From an uncultured delta proteobacterium (GTDB lineage Bacteria; Desulfobacterota; Desulfomonilia; Desulfomonilales; Desulfomonilaceae), in assembly GCA_963789265.1 (NCBI GenBank), contig CAWBKB010000003.1, positions 800,001 through 864,000 of the forward strand: 64,000 nt of DNA. The letters are read 5' to 3'. The first letter of the stretch is position 1. The number at the start of each line of letters is the position of its first letter. A program made the translations under genes and the position numbers. Shown one piece after another: positions 45,813-55,868 of this stretch. The notes below the pieces were generated by a model that was given only the letters and a program-made list of their open reading frames with translations, was not told the origin of the DNA and ran no database searches.

Positions 45813-46976
45813 TTAACCTCGAACGCCGTACAGATGATATTCGTAGGAGCGCTCAGAAAGGGCCGTGTCAACCATGCTTGAGACGTCGTCCGGTGTGACA
45901 TCTCTCCCTCCGAGGCCCGCGATCATGCAGTGGATCTTCGGCCTTTGCGGTTCGTGATACATGACTGCTTGTAGCTCTGTTGTCACCGGAGCGTTCGCGG
46001 CCCCAAGGGACATGGATCGATCCAAGACCACGACATCTTTGGCCGGGGCCAGGATTCTTCTGAGATCCTCTACGGGGAGGGGCCGCCATAGTCGCAGTTT
46101 CACTAAGCCCACTTTCTTGCCTTTTTCCCTCATGCGATCCACCGCTATTGAAGCAGTCTCGCAGATGGATCCCATGCCGAAAATGAGGGTGTCGGCTTCT
46201 TCAACCTTATAGGTTTCAACTGCCGCATAGTGCCGCCCGGTGATGTGGCCCAACTCTTCCCATGCTTTCAAGATTACATCTCTGGAATTAAGCAAAGCCT
46301 GGTCGTGAGCCATCTTCTGTTCCGCGTAAATTTCCGGCATACCAAACGCGCCCATGGTCAGCACTTTGTCCGGATGAAGTCGGCTCAGAGGTTGAAATTG
46401 CGGCAAGTATTTTACGACCATGTCCTTGGTCCAGAATTCAATCGGTTCGATCACGTGGGTAAGGGTGAAACCATCAACATTAATCATAACAGGGAGTGAC
46501 ACTTTCGGATCTTCAGCAACCCTGAACGAGTGGAAAATATTGTCGTACACATCCTGGCCATTTTCGCAGAAAGTCTGAATCCAGCCTGAATCACGGACCA
46601 TCATAGTATCCGAGTGATCGTTCCAGATAGATAAAGGGCTGCTCAAAGCCCGGTTCGACAGGAACATGACTATGGGGAGCCTCATGGATGCAGCTATGTA
46701 TACGATCTCGGACATCAAGGCCAATCCCTGAGACGCTGTCGCTGTAAAAGTCCTTGCTCCTGCGGCCGAAGATCCGCAACAGACGCTCATGGCCGAATGC
46801 TCCGATTCCACAGGAATGAACTCCGCGTCCAGACTCCCGTCCGCGACCATTTCCGACAGGTGCTCGACAACATGGGTTTGTGGCGTGATAGGATACGCGG
46901 CAACAACATCCGCATCGCAGAGTCCTACAGCTTCGGCCGCAGCAATGGAAACCTCAATTCCTACTCTGTCTCCCAT
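45813..46976 (-). CDS. porA: Pyruvate/2-oxoacid:ferredoxin oxidoreductase alpha subunit
   Basis: AYPITPQT, VESEHSA, TASQGL, GLGGRD. Confidence 0.92.
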   Translation of the reverse strand: MGDRVGIEVSIAAAEAVGLCDADVVAAYPITPQTHVVEHLSEMVADGSLDAEFIPVESEHSAMSVCCGSSAAGARTFTATASQGLALMSEIVYIAASMRLPIVMFLSNRALSSPLSIWNDHSDTMMVRDSGWIQTFCENGQDVYDNIFHSFRVAEDPKVSLPVMINVDGFTLTHVIEPIEFWTKDMVVKYLPQFQPLSRLHPDKVLTMGAFGMPEIYAEQKMAHDQALLNSRDVILKAWEELGHITGRHYAAVETYKVEEADTLIFGMGSICETASIAVDRMREKGKKVGLVKLRLWRPLPVEDLRRILAPAKDVVVLDRSMSLGAANAPVTTELQAVMYHEPQRPKIHCMIAGLGGRDVTPDDVSSMVDTALSERSYEYHLYGVRG

Positions 46977-47272
46977 TACTCCCCCTCCTCTACAATTTCA
47001 ATCGCGTCCACGGGGCACTCATACGCACAGATGCCGCAACCTTTACAGTAGTCATAGTTCCAGACCATGCGGTTGTTCTCAAAGTCAGGGGAAATGGCCG
47101 CATCGGGGCACATTATGTAGCATCTCCAGCAGCGGATGCACTTTTCTTCGAGATACACCGGCTTCTCCGAACGCCAGGTTCCAGTGTGATAGCATGAGGC
47201 ATTGCCCGGTTCGGTGATCACCCCTCCAGGCTCCACCTCTTGCCATTTGATCTCATCCATGGGTTTGGTCAC
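46976..47272 (-). CDS. porD: Pyruvate/2-oxoacid:ferredoxin oxidoreductase delta subunit (2x[4Fe-4S])
   Basis: TGTWR, CIRCWRCYIMCPD, YCKGCGICAYECP; GTG start after GGGAGG. Confidence 0.9.
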   Translation of the reverse strand: MTKPMDEIKWQEVEPGGVITEPGNASCYHTGTWRSEKPVYLEEKCIRCWRCYIMCPDAAISPDFENNRMVWNYDYCKGCGICAYECPVDAIEIVEEGE

Positions 47273-47340
47273 AGTAGTCCTCCCTTTTGAAAAGGCGCCA
47301 GGCATCGCAGGATTTCAAGTTCCGAGGATAATCCATCTAT

Positions 47341-47889
47341 TCACGCAATTACCCTGGTCTCCTCGTATGCTCTCTTCATCGCCTGGATATTCCTTTCCGC
47401 AATTTTCCCGAACCGATGTTTAAACGGTTCCACAAGAGCTTCCACATTGAGCAAGTTCGTTCCCTTTAAGAGCGCTCCTACCATGGTGGTGTTCGTGATC
47501 GGCAATCCAAGTACTTCCCGCGCGATGTTTCCTGCATCCACTATTGCCAATTTTCCGGTGTACGAAAGATGTTTTCTGATCGCTTCAGGATTCTGTGAAG
47601 TATTGAGAATCAAAATCCCTCCCTCACGCAATCCCTCGGTGGGGTTGGCAATGTCCAGTAGTGAGGGATCGAGGACGATTACCGCGTCGGGGTTGTAGAT
47701 CTTCGATCTCATTCGTATGGGTTGATTGTCAACCCTTGCAAACGCAACGACGGGAGCGCCCCTTCTTTCCGGCCCAAAGCTCGGAAACGCGGTGGCATAT
47801 TTTCCCGTAGCAATTGCCGCGCGAGCGACAAGTTCGGCTGAGGTCACTGCACCCTGGCCACCTCTGCCGTGGAACCTCATTTCAATCAT
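47341..47889 (-). CDS. porG: Pyruvate/2-oxoacid:ferredoxin oxidoreductase gamma subunit
   Basis: FHGRGGQGAVT, FPSFGPERRGAPV. Confidence 0.92.
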   Translation of the reverse strand: MIEMRFHGRGGQGAVTSAELVARAAIATGKYATAFPSFGPERRGAPVVAFARVDNQPIRMRSKIYNPDAVIVLDPSLLDIANPTEGLREGGILILNTSQNPEAIRKHLSYTGKLAIVDAGNIAREVLGLPITNTTMVGALLKGTNLLNVEALVEPFKHRFGKIAERNIQAMKRAYEETRVIA

Positions 47890-47910
47890 GGCTGCCCCTT
47901 TCGGAGAGAG

Positions 47911-48312
47911 TCAATCAAACTCTTCATCATCATCTTGGAATTGATCCATAGCCGGAAATCTCATTTGTTCGCTGATTATTTCCATGCAATTTACGAGATG
48001 ATATTTTGCTTCGGCCAATTGGAGGATCTCGGAAGGCAAGAGTTCCTTTTTTTGCAAATATCCATCGATGCGCTCGTTGAGCAAGGCAATATGACGCAGG
48101 TCTACCTTGAAAAAATCCTCCTCCAGCCCAACTGAACCTCCTGGTGAAGTTACAGATTGGACCAGCTTCATGTCCCACTCGTCAATCTTCTTCCAACGGG
48201 CTACAGTCGCGGGGTGAACGCCGAGCCTTTTGGCCAATTCTTTGTTGGTGATGCGCCCGCGATCGTTCAAAAATGTCTCTTCAGCGATCTTACGGTGTTC
48301 GTTCTTCTTCAT
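47911..48312 (-). CDS. HTH protein resembling the N-terminal DNA-binding domain of phage terminase small subunits
   Basis: RKIAEETF..RGRITNKELAKRLGVHPATVARWKKIDEW; GGAGA RBS; 21 bp upstream of porG. Confidence 0.65.
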   Translation of the reverse strand: MKKNEHRKIAEETFLNDRGRITNKELAKRLGVHPATVARWKKIDEWDMKLVQSVTSPGGSVGLEEDFFKVDLRHIALLNERIDGYLQKKELLPSEILQLAEAKYHLVNCMEIISEQMRFPAMDQFQDDDEEFD

Positions 48313-48494
48313 CAGATTATCTCCTGCCGGCTGATGCGTGAGGTTGACAACCGGCCATTACCGGAAATATTTATTATTAGCAGATTCCGGTCATTACAAT
48401 CAAGGGCTATCAACCGCCACGAAGCGGATCTCTAGCCTCTCCCGGGCCACCGATATAAACTGCAATCTAACTACGCGCTCGAGCGACTTATGCC

Positions 48495-50330
48495 ATGCCT
48501 GTCAATGACGAATTCCTGAAAAAGCTTCCCACCAGCCCCGGCGTTTACCTTATGTCCGACCGCCGAGGCAAGGTATTGTACGTGGGCAAAGCCGGAAATC
48601 TCAGAAACCGCATTCGCAACTACTTTGTCAAAGGCGGCGATGAAAGGCCGTCTATTCATTATCTTATGGAACGGGTGGACAATATTCGTACCATCCTGAC
48701 TCAGACCGAAAAGGAAGCTTTGATCCTGGAAAACAATCTGATCAAAGAGCATAGGCCAAAGTACAACGTCAATCTACGAGACGACAAGTCGTTCTTCTCC
48801 CTGCGCTTGAACATCTCTCATCCTTATCCCAGGCTTACATTAGTACGCACTCAAAGAGTCAAACCGGATGGCGAACGCTACTTCGGCCCGTACTCTTCGG
48901 CTAGGGACGCACGTATCACCTTGAATTTCATTCGCCGGCTCTTTCCGCTGCGCCAATGTACTGAACGGCATCTGGCAACCTGCACGAGACCGTGCTTGAA
49001 CTGCCAAATGAAGCGCTGCCTCTGCCCGTGTGCAGGAAAGGTCGAACGGGAAGAATATCGCCGTATGGTGCAGGAGGTCACACTCTTGCTTCAAGGAAGG
49101 GCTGAAGACCTGTTCAAGACGCTCAAGCACGAAATGGACAACGCTGCCAAGGATCTACGTTTCGAAGAAGCTGCCAAGATCAGAGATCGGCTTGCCGCGG
49201 TGGAACGAACTCTCGAAGCGCAGAACGTCTCATTTTTTCACCTGAAGGATCAGGATGTCATAGCGTTGGCGGAGGGGGAGACTCATCGCTTCGCGGTGGC
49301 GGTACTTTCGTTTCGCAAGGGTAATCTCCTGTCCGCCGAATCCTTTCTCTTCAGAAATCCGGCCCTCGATGCAGAAGAGGTTTTGGCCTCATCCATCAAA
49401 CAATATTACGGCGCGGGCGGGTTTGTTCCCAAAGAGGTGCTAATTTCTCATCCCATAGAGCAGGCGCAACTTGTCGAGGCGTGGCTTTCCGAATTGCGAG
49501 GCAATAAGGTAATTGTGAGGGTTCCCCTGCGCGGCCAGGGAGAACGCCTTATGCTGCTGGCTATCAAGAATGCCCAGGACGCGCTTTTGCGCGAGACCCA
49601 AAAGGATTCCGTGGAAAATGCTTTGCAGCAAGTTGCATCGAAGCTGCATCTACCGTCCCCCCCGCGACTTATCGAAGGTTACGACATTTCGAACATAGGA
49701 GGCAGCCAACCGGTCGGAGTAAAGGTATCATTTAAGGATGGAAGGCCGGACAAAAGTGGGTATCGCCAGTACAAGATCAGGGGATTTCCGGATCAGGATG
49801 ACCCGGGAATGATCCATCAGACGATCACCCGCCGCGTATCACACAGGGAACAGGAGCCTTTGCCTGACCTGTTACTTATAGATGGAGGGAAGTCCCAACT
49901 CAATGCAGCTTCCCAGGCGCTTCGGGAGAATCCGGGACGTGAGGAGGTGCCGGCTCTTGCGGCGATTGCCAAGGCTCGAGCCGAAGGCGAGGAGGAGCGC
50001 TTTTATCTGCCTAATAGAAAGAATCCAGTCGTTTTTCCCAAGGGTGCCCCCGGCCTGTTGCTTCTCATGAGAGTTCGGGACGAAGCTCACAGATTCGCAC
50101 ACACATTTCATACGAAAAGTCGAAAAAAGGCGGTGATCGGCTCGGCCCTGGACCAAATTCCCGGCATAGGCCCGAAAAAGCGCCAGGCGCTTCTGAGAGC
50201 ATTTGGAAGCGTAAAGGAGTTGCTCTCGGCCGCTGACGAAGATATTTCGGCTGTTCCAGGTATTGGCAAAGCGGATGTGGAGCGAATCCGTGCTCATTTC
50301 AGGGAGAAGGAGATCGGCCTAACTGCATGA
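48495..50330 (+). CDS. uvrC: Excinuclease ABC subunit C
   Basis: GIY-YIG PGVY..LYVGKA, PKYN..LRDDK, YDISN, IDGGKSQL, RDEAHRFA, HhH. Confidence 0.97.
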   Translation: MPVNDEFLKKLPTSPGVYLMSDRRGKVLYVGKAGNLRNRIRNYFVKGGDERPSIHYLMERVDNIRTILTQTEKEALILENNLIKEHRPKYNVNLRDDKSFFSLRLNISHPYPRLTLVRTQRVKPDGERYFGPYSSARDARITLNFIRRLFPLRQCTERHLATCTRPCLNCQMKRCLCPCAGKVEREEYRRMVQEVTLLLQGRAEDLFKTLKHEMDNAAKDLRFEEAAKIRDRLAAVERTLEAQNVSFFHLKDQDVIALAEGETHRFAVAVLSFRKGNLLSAESFLFRNPALDAEEVLASSIKQYYGAGGFVPKEVLISHPIEQAQLVEAWLSELRGNKVIVRVPLRGQGERLMLLAIKNAQDALLRETQKDSVENALQQVASKLHLPSPPRLIEGYDISNIGGSQPVGVKVSFKDGRPDKSGYRQYKIRGFPDQDDPGMIHQTITRRVSHREQEPLPDLLLIDGGKSQLNAASQALRENPGREEVPALAAIAKARAEGEEERFYLPNRKNPVVFPKGAPGLLLLMRVRDEAHRFAHTFHTKSRKKAVIGSALDQIPGIGPKKRQALLRAFGSVKELLSAADEDISAVPGIGKADVERIRAHFREKEIGLTA

Positions 50331-50379
50331 TGAAGCGGTTAGGGATCATTTCTTCTCCCGAGAATTGGTATAGGCAGGA

Positions 50380-51165
50380 ATGAATGAAATCCTCCATCAA
50401 ACCGTGCACTCCAGGGCAACGATGCCGCCGGTCAACGTCCTTGGCGTCACAGTTGACCGCCTCACGCCGGAGACTCTTATTCGGCAAGTGCTTGCAACGA
50501 ATCCAAGGGACAAAACCATCACCGTGATGTACGCAAACGTTCATGTTTTAAATACAAGCCGAAGAGTCCATGATCTCAGGCCAATCCTCAATGGCGCGGA
50601 CATAGTTTACTGCGACGGATCGGGCGTAAGGCTTGGGGCACGCATTTTGGGCCATAGTATCCCGCCTCGTATGACCGGAGCAGACTGGATAGAGCACTTG
50701 TGCGCCGTGTGTGCTGATCGAAAGGCCGGCCTTTATCTTTTGGGAAGCCGCCAAGGAGTTGCCGAGAAGGCGGCGGAAGTGTTGCAGACCCGATGTGGTG
50801 GTCTAAGCATCGTCGGTACTCACCACGGGTACCTACAAGATCCGGCAGTCAGCGCAGCCGCAATAACCGCCGTAAATACAGCTCGTCCTCACATTTTGTT
50901 TGTCGGCATGGGCACGCCCATTCAGGAGCGGTGGATATTCGAGCACCGCCGTGAACTGGAAGTGCCGGTTGTCTGGGCTGTGGGGGCTCTCTTCGACTTT
51001 GTTGCAGGCGTGCAACGCCGAGCGCCGCGCTGGATGCTGGATCTCGGCCTCGAATGGCTGCACAGATTCTGGGTTGAGCCAAAGCGCATGTGGCGACGAT
51101 ATATTCTGGGAAATCCCCTGTTTATATGGCGAGTGATGATGCAGAGACTGGGCTTGCTGGAGTAA
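50380..51165 (+). CDS. WecB/TagA/CpsF (GT26) glycosyltransferase
   Basis: YCDGSGV, RMTGAD, VGMGTPIQERWI, VGALFDF, RAPRWM..GLEWLHR..EPKRMWRRY. Confidence 0.92.
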   Translation: MNEILHQTVHSRATMPPVNVLGVTVDRLTPETLIRQVLATNPRDKTITVMYANVHVLNTSRRVHDLRPILNGADIVYCDGSGVRLGARILGHSIPPRMTGADWIEHLCAVCADRKAGLYLLGSRQGVAEKAAEVLQTRCGGLSIVGTHHGYLQDPAVSAAAITAVNTARPHILFVGMGTPIQERWIFEHRRELEVPVVWAVGALFDFVAGVQRRAPRWMLDLGLEWLHRFWVEPKRMWRRYILGNPLFIWRVMMQRLGLLE

Positions 51166-51417
51166 TACCAATGCGCCATCAAATAAGTGACAATCTTAGA
51201 CAGGATATAGTGGGGCATCCCGCCCGGAACGCGGGATCACCCCGGACTTCGATCCGGGGATGTAGGGGCCGACCTTGTGTCTGCCCTCTTTCGGGCACCC
51301 ACGAGAGGTGCCCCTACAGTTGATGCCTTCGTACGCTTGCATGACGACATGTAAGGCGGGTTTGAAACCCGCCCCTACCGGAAACACGATGTCACTTGTT
51401 TGAAAGCGAATCGGTAT
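51165..51417. mobile_element. MITE-like element, 253 bp, with 28-bp imperfect TIRs and internal REP hairpins
   Basis: 51165-51192 vs reverse complement of 51390-51417 match 23/28; TA-CC...GG-TA ends; internal GTAG-type hairpins at 51262-51317 and 51351-51378. Confidence 0.75.
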
Positions 51418-51594
51418 ACGAGTTCCGGCTCGCATCTGACAAAGCCTCCCGCGGGATGGCGCCCAAGAATTAATGTCAATTAAGTGCTGGGTGCCACTGA
51501 CCTGGTGCCCAGATTGGCCCATGTCAGTGCAGTCTTTTCCTTGGCCGATTCTCACGGATTGATAGTGAACCCGTGAGGACCTACCGCCGAGAAA

Positions 51595-54183
51595 TCATTC
51601 CAGCCGGCTTGCCACCAATTCTGTTATGTCCATCACTTTAATCTTGGCCTTCTTCTCTTTCCTGGCTCTTGCCGCGGCCTGATTAAATGAGCCTTTGCAT
51701 GAAGGGCATGCGGAAACGATCACGTCGGCCCCGAGGTCGATGGCAGATAAGAGTCGCTTGTAACCGATTTCTCCCGCCATCTCATTATCAAAGCCCTTCA
51801 TGCCGCCTCCGCCGCCGCAGCATTTGGCCTTGTCTCTGTTCAGCGGGAACTCGACAAGCTCGACGCCAGGCAGCGCTTTGAGCACGTTCCGCGGCGGTTC
51901 GTACACCCCCATGTGCCGTCCCATGTCGCACGGATCGTGATAGACCGCCCTGAGGGGCTTTGCGTCGTCCTTGAATTTCAACCTGCCTTCGTTAATCAGT
52001 TGTTCGATGAACTCCACCGCGTGCAAGACGGTATAACCGTTCCCGCCTCCATAATGAGGATAAAGATCACGGAACGTCTTGAGGCAACCCGCGCAGGACG
52101 TGATCAACTGCTTCGGCTTGTACCTCTTGGTCTGCTCGTCGTGAATCTGCATTGCTCTCTTGAAGGTCTGCATATCGCCCACGAGATAGGCAAGGTAACC
52201 ACAGCACGTTTCTTCTTCTCCCAACGCGCCGTAATCAACACCGGCCTTGTCCAGTATTTGCATGAACGCGGGGATAATCTTGACGTCCTGGAAACTTGTG
52301 ACGCAGCCCATGTGCAGAACCGTGTCGGTTTCTCCCGGAACCGCTTTCTTGTACTCGGCCGGGTAGCTGTCGGCTCGCTTCTCTTTGGGAGCAAGCAATG
52401 GATTGGCAGCGTCGATCATTGCAGCCAACGCAGGCTTGAACGCGTCAGGCAGGTACCCCTGTTCCACCAGTCTTTCGCGGGCCGCGCGAATTATGCTGGA
52501 GACCTTTATCTGCGCGGGACATACCGCTTTGCAATTGAGGCAGAGCATGCATTGGTAAAGACGTTTGGCAAGATCCACAGATGGCTGAAGGTTGCCGATC
52601 AACATGTTGTACGCAAGTGTGACGCGGCCTTTCGCGTTCAATGATTCTAGGGTGGTCTCTCCAAAAGTGGGGCAGCCGGCCCTGCAAAAGCCGCATTGGA
52701 TGCATGCTATAATCTCATTGTCAACGTCTTCGGGAAAATGCTCTATTTTTTCGGGCTCGCTCAGATACCGTGTGAAAGCGTTTTCATCCAGAATGTCCTT
52801 GATGGCGCCCTCGAAACCCATCTTGCCCGGATTCAGGATATTGTTCGGGTCGAGGGTTCTCTTAATGTCTTTCATCACCTGCAGCGCTTCGCCCAGTTGG
52901 TACCCGATGTACGGGGACTTGGCCATTCCCACGCCGTGCTCCGCCGATACCGTGCCCCCGTAACGAAGCGTCATCTCGATTAATTCCAGGGCGATTCCCT
53001 TCACCTTTGCCCATTGTTCGGGCTCTGTAGGGTTCATGATGAATGTAGCGTGGAGGTTCCCGTCCCCAATGTGACCGAATGTAGCCACCGGAAAGCCATG
53101 CTTCCGGCCAATCCGCTGAATTTCCGCGATGGTTTCAGGGATTCTGCTGATCGGCACTCCGAAATCTTCCACGAGGGGGACAAGGCGATAACCCGGCTGA
53201 AGTCGGCTCATGGCCGGGACCAGCCCTCCCCTTGCAGCGAAGAGTTTGGCTTTCTCAACCGGATCATCGGACCAGATGTTTCCCAAACCACCAACTGATT
53301 CGCACATCTCGTCGATTTTCTTGATCTGTTCCAGAACAGTGCTCTTGGGGCCGTCGATACCCATGAATAACTGGCAATTGACTTCCTTGGGGATGTCCAT
53401 TTTGAGAGCGTCGCGCGCCACATCGAGGCAAATGTTATCAAGCACCTCGCAAGTGGCCAATTCCAAACCCGAAGTGAAGATTTTTTCAACTGCTCTGCCC
53501 GCAGTGTCCACGTCCGGGAAGGAGGCTTTTGCAAAGGCCTCGTACTCAGGCACTGGAAGAATCTTCAAGACGGCCTGAGTGATGATCCCAAGGGTCCCTT
53601 CCGAACTGGCAAAGAGGTGAGTGAGGTCATAGCCTGCGGAACTTTTCGGAGCTACATCCCCGGTTTGGATGACTTTTCCGTCTGCCAGCACGACAGTGAG
53701 GCCCTTCACGTAATCTTTGGTTGTTCCGTACTTGGCCGCCCGGACTCCGCTGGCGTTAGTTGATATCATCCCGCCAATCGTAGCCACAGGAGCGCTCCCC
53801 GGATCAGGTGGGAAGAAATGGGTAGGTGCCAACTTTGCATTTAGGGCATTACAGATTACACCCGGTTCAACTATCACGTAACCGTCGGGCTTGTTGATCT
53901 CCTTTACTGAGTTCATACGAGAAAGATCCAGTACAACTCCACCTTTCACCGCAAGTACAGCTCCGGTAACCGAGGAGCCGGTGCCTCTAGCTACGACGGG
54001 GATCCCCTCCGAGTTTGCCAGAGCCAGAATTTGGCTCACCCGTTCGGTTTCGCTGGCGAACACGACGGCTTGAGGCACGCCCGAATGGATGGACATGTCT
54101 CTGGAGTAGGCCAAACAATCCACCGGCGAAACAGTTATATTGTCCGCCCCCACTATGGCGCTCAAGTTCTCGATAAACCCCAT
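51595..54183 (-). CDS. FAD-linked 2-hydroxyacid oxidase (GlcD/D-lactate dehydrogenase-like) fused to a 4Fe-4S/CCG-domain (GlcF-like) module
   Basis: PPDPGS, TIGGMISTNASG..KYGTT, GHIGDGNLH, AEHGVG, LNPGK; CxxCxxC..CP twice; CCG domains. Confidence 0.88.
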   Translation of the reverse strand: MGFIENLSAIVGADNITVSPVDCLAYSRDMSIHSGVPQAVVFASETERVSQILALANSEGIPVVARGTGSSVTGAVLAVKGGVVLDLSRMNSVKEINKPDGYVIVEPGVICNALNAKLAPTHFFPPDPGSAPVATIGGMISTNASGVRAAKYGTTKDYVKGLTVVLADGKVIQTGDVAPKSSAGYDLTHLFASSEGTLGIITQAVLKILPVPEYEAFAKASFPDVDTAGRAVEKIFTSGLELATCEVLDNICLDVARDALKMDIPKEVNCQLFMGIDGPKSTVLEQIKKIDEMCESVGGLGNIWSDDPVEKAKLFAARGGLVPAMSRLQPGYRLVPLVEDFGVPISRIPETIAEIQRIGRKHGFPVATFGHIGDGNLHATFIMNPTEPEQWAKVKGIALELIEMTLRYGGTVSAEHGVGMAKSPYIGYQLGEALQVMKDIKRTLDPNNILNPGKMGFEGAIKDILDENAFTRYLSEPEKIEHFPEDVDNEIIACIQCGFCRAGCPTFGETTLESLNAKGRVTLAYNMLIGNLQPSVDLAKRLYQCMLCLNCKAVCPAQIKVSSIIRAARERLVEQGYLPDAFKPALAAMIDAANPLLAPKEKRADSYPAEYKKAVPGETDTVLHMGCVTSFQDVKIIPAFMQILDKAGVDYGALGEEETCCGYLAYLVGDMQTFKRAMQIHDEQTKRYKPKQLITSCAGCLKTFRDLYPHYGGGNGYTVLHAVEFIEQLINEGRLKFKDDAKPLRAVYHDPCDMGRHMGVYEPPRNVLKALPGVELVEFPLNRDKAKCCGGGGGMKGFDNEMAGEIGYKRLLSAIDLGADVIVSACPSCKGSFNQAAARARKEKKAKIKVMDITELVASRLE

Positions 54184-54544
54184 GTCAGTGTCCTCCTGGG
54201 ACAGAAACCCTTACTCTTGGTTAATGGTGTCAAAAGGCATTCTAAATGTTTGCGATGGGTTTAAGACTGGAAAAACCTCACGGCTGAATAAACCAAATTC
54301 ATGATACCGTAATGTCGCAAATAAATCAAACATACTCCAGGGCTTTATAACAGTCCCTGAACAGGCTCATTTGATGCTTACCCCGGCAGCGAAATCACGG
54401 CCGTCATTCAGATATGTTCGTCATAGTGAAAAAAGTTGAGGGGTGAAGGTGCAGGATGATGAAGTGATGCGTAGCTCATGAGCGGGTTCGGCCCTCGCGA
54501 CCTGCGGGTGCAAGGACGCAGGCAAAGCCCTCCCATAGATCCAT

Positions 54545-55499
54545 CTACCCGCTCTGCCACGGCAGCCTGTCCAAATCCACATTTCCGCCTGAAAGTATTA
54601 AGCCCACGCGCAGTCCGGCCAAGTCAATTTTGTGCTCCCACAAAGCGCATACGGCCACCGCTGCCGAAGGCTCTATGATGATTTTCATCCGTTCCCACAC
54701 AAATCGCATGGCCGCGATTATGCCACCCTCGCTCACGGTGACAATTTGCTCCACACGCTTCCGGATAATGGCAAAAGTCAAATCTCCAAGCGAGGCCCGC
54801 AGTCCGTCCGCGATGGTCTGTGGATTGATCGATGGGATGATTTCCCCCGCGGCAAGCGAACGGAAGGCATCGTCAGCGCGTTCGGGTTCAGCACCGATGA
54901 CTCGTATGGCGGGAAAAAGTTCCTTCGCCGCGATGCCGGTGCCGCTCAGCAGGCCGCCGCCACCTACCGGGGCGAGGATAACGTCCAAGTCCCGGACGTC
55001 CTGCAACAACTCCAGAGCCGAGGTGCCCTGACCTGCAATCACATCACAATTGTTGTACGGATGCACGATTGTCGCACCCGTTTCGTCGGCCACTTGAGCC
55101 AAAGTGGATTCACGCGCTTTGAGCGTTGGCTCGCAGAAAATGATTTTACCGCCGTAACCTGCTACCCCTGCCTTTTTCACTGCCGCCGCATTGTTCGGCA
55201 TCACAATGTGGGCCGGAATCCCGCGCAGCTGTGCCGCGAGTGCCAGAGCCTGGGCATGGTTACCCGACGAGTGCGTGACTACTCCCTGGGCAGCGTCGGT
55301 TTCCCGAAGTGAAAGAACCGCGTTGTACGCACCGCGAAACTTAAACGTGCCCACTTTTTGCAGATTTTCACATTTCAGAAAGACTTGGGCCCCAACCTGT
55401 CGATCGAGACTCGCGGCAGGTCAGCACCGGTGTACGGTGGGAATGTGGCCGGATACGGTCGGCAGCTTGGTAAATTTCGGTGATAGTGGGTGCGTCCAT
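54545..55499 (-). CDS. PLP-dependent serine/threonine dehydratase / serine racemase family (+1 insertion near 55415)
   Basis: MDAPTITEIYQAADRI..HRTPVLT, then KCENLQKVGTFKFRGA, SSGNHAQA, PVGGGGLLSG, SGGNVD. Confidence 0.88.
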
Positions 55500-55737
55500 T
55501 GGCTTTCTCCGCCATTCGTACAGTCGTCAAATCGAAACAGCGGCCACGGCAGGTGCGGCCTGGCGCTCCACTCTTTGACTGGCACACTATCCTGCACCGT
55601 AAGTGAGGAGAAAGGTTTCGTCAAGAACATGCGACGTTTTTGTCCCCCTGGGAGAATGGGAGAAAAACCCTCGCCTTCAGACGAAGACTTCAGTGCGTAC
55701 CCATTGTACATGTGTGGCACAAGATACAAAGATGGCA

Positions 55738-55834
55738 GTAGGATGCTGGTGAGCGCAGCGAACTGCATCGCTCGCGCTTTTTTCTCGATTGATGCGGTTC
55801 CCCCGCGGAGAAGGCGGGCTCACCAGCATCCTAC
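55738..55834. repeat. REP doublet (REPIN-like) of a second GTAG family
   Basis: Perfect 17-bp inverted repeat GTAGGATGCTGGTGAGC / GCTCACCAGCATCCTAC. Confidence 0.8.
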
Positions 55835-55868
55835 GCCGATATCGACTCCGGTTTCTCGGCGGCAGCGC

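Noticed and set aside
47911..48312. Prophage
   Set aside because: No large terminase, portal, capsid or integrase nearby; neighbours are housekeeping genes
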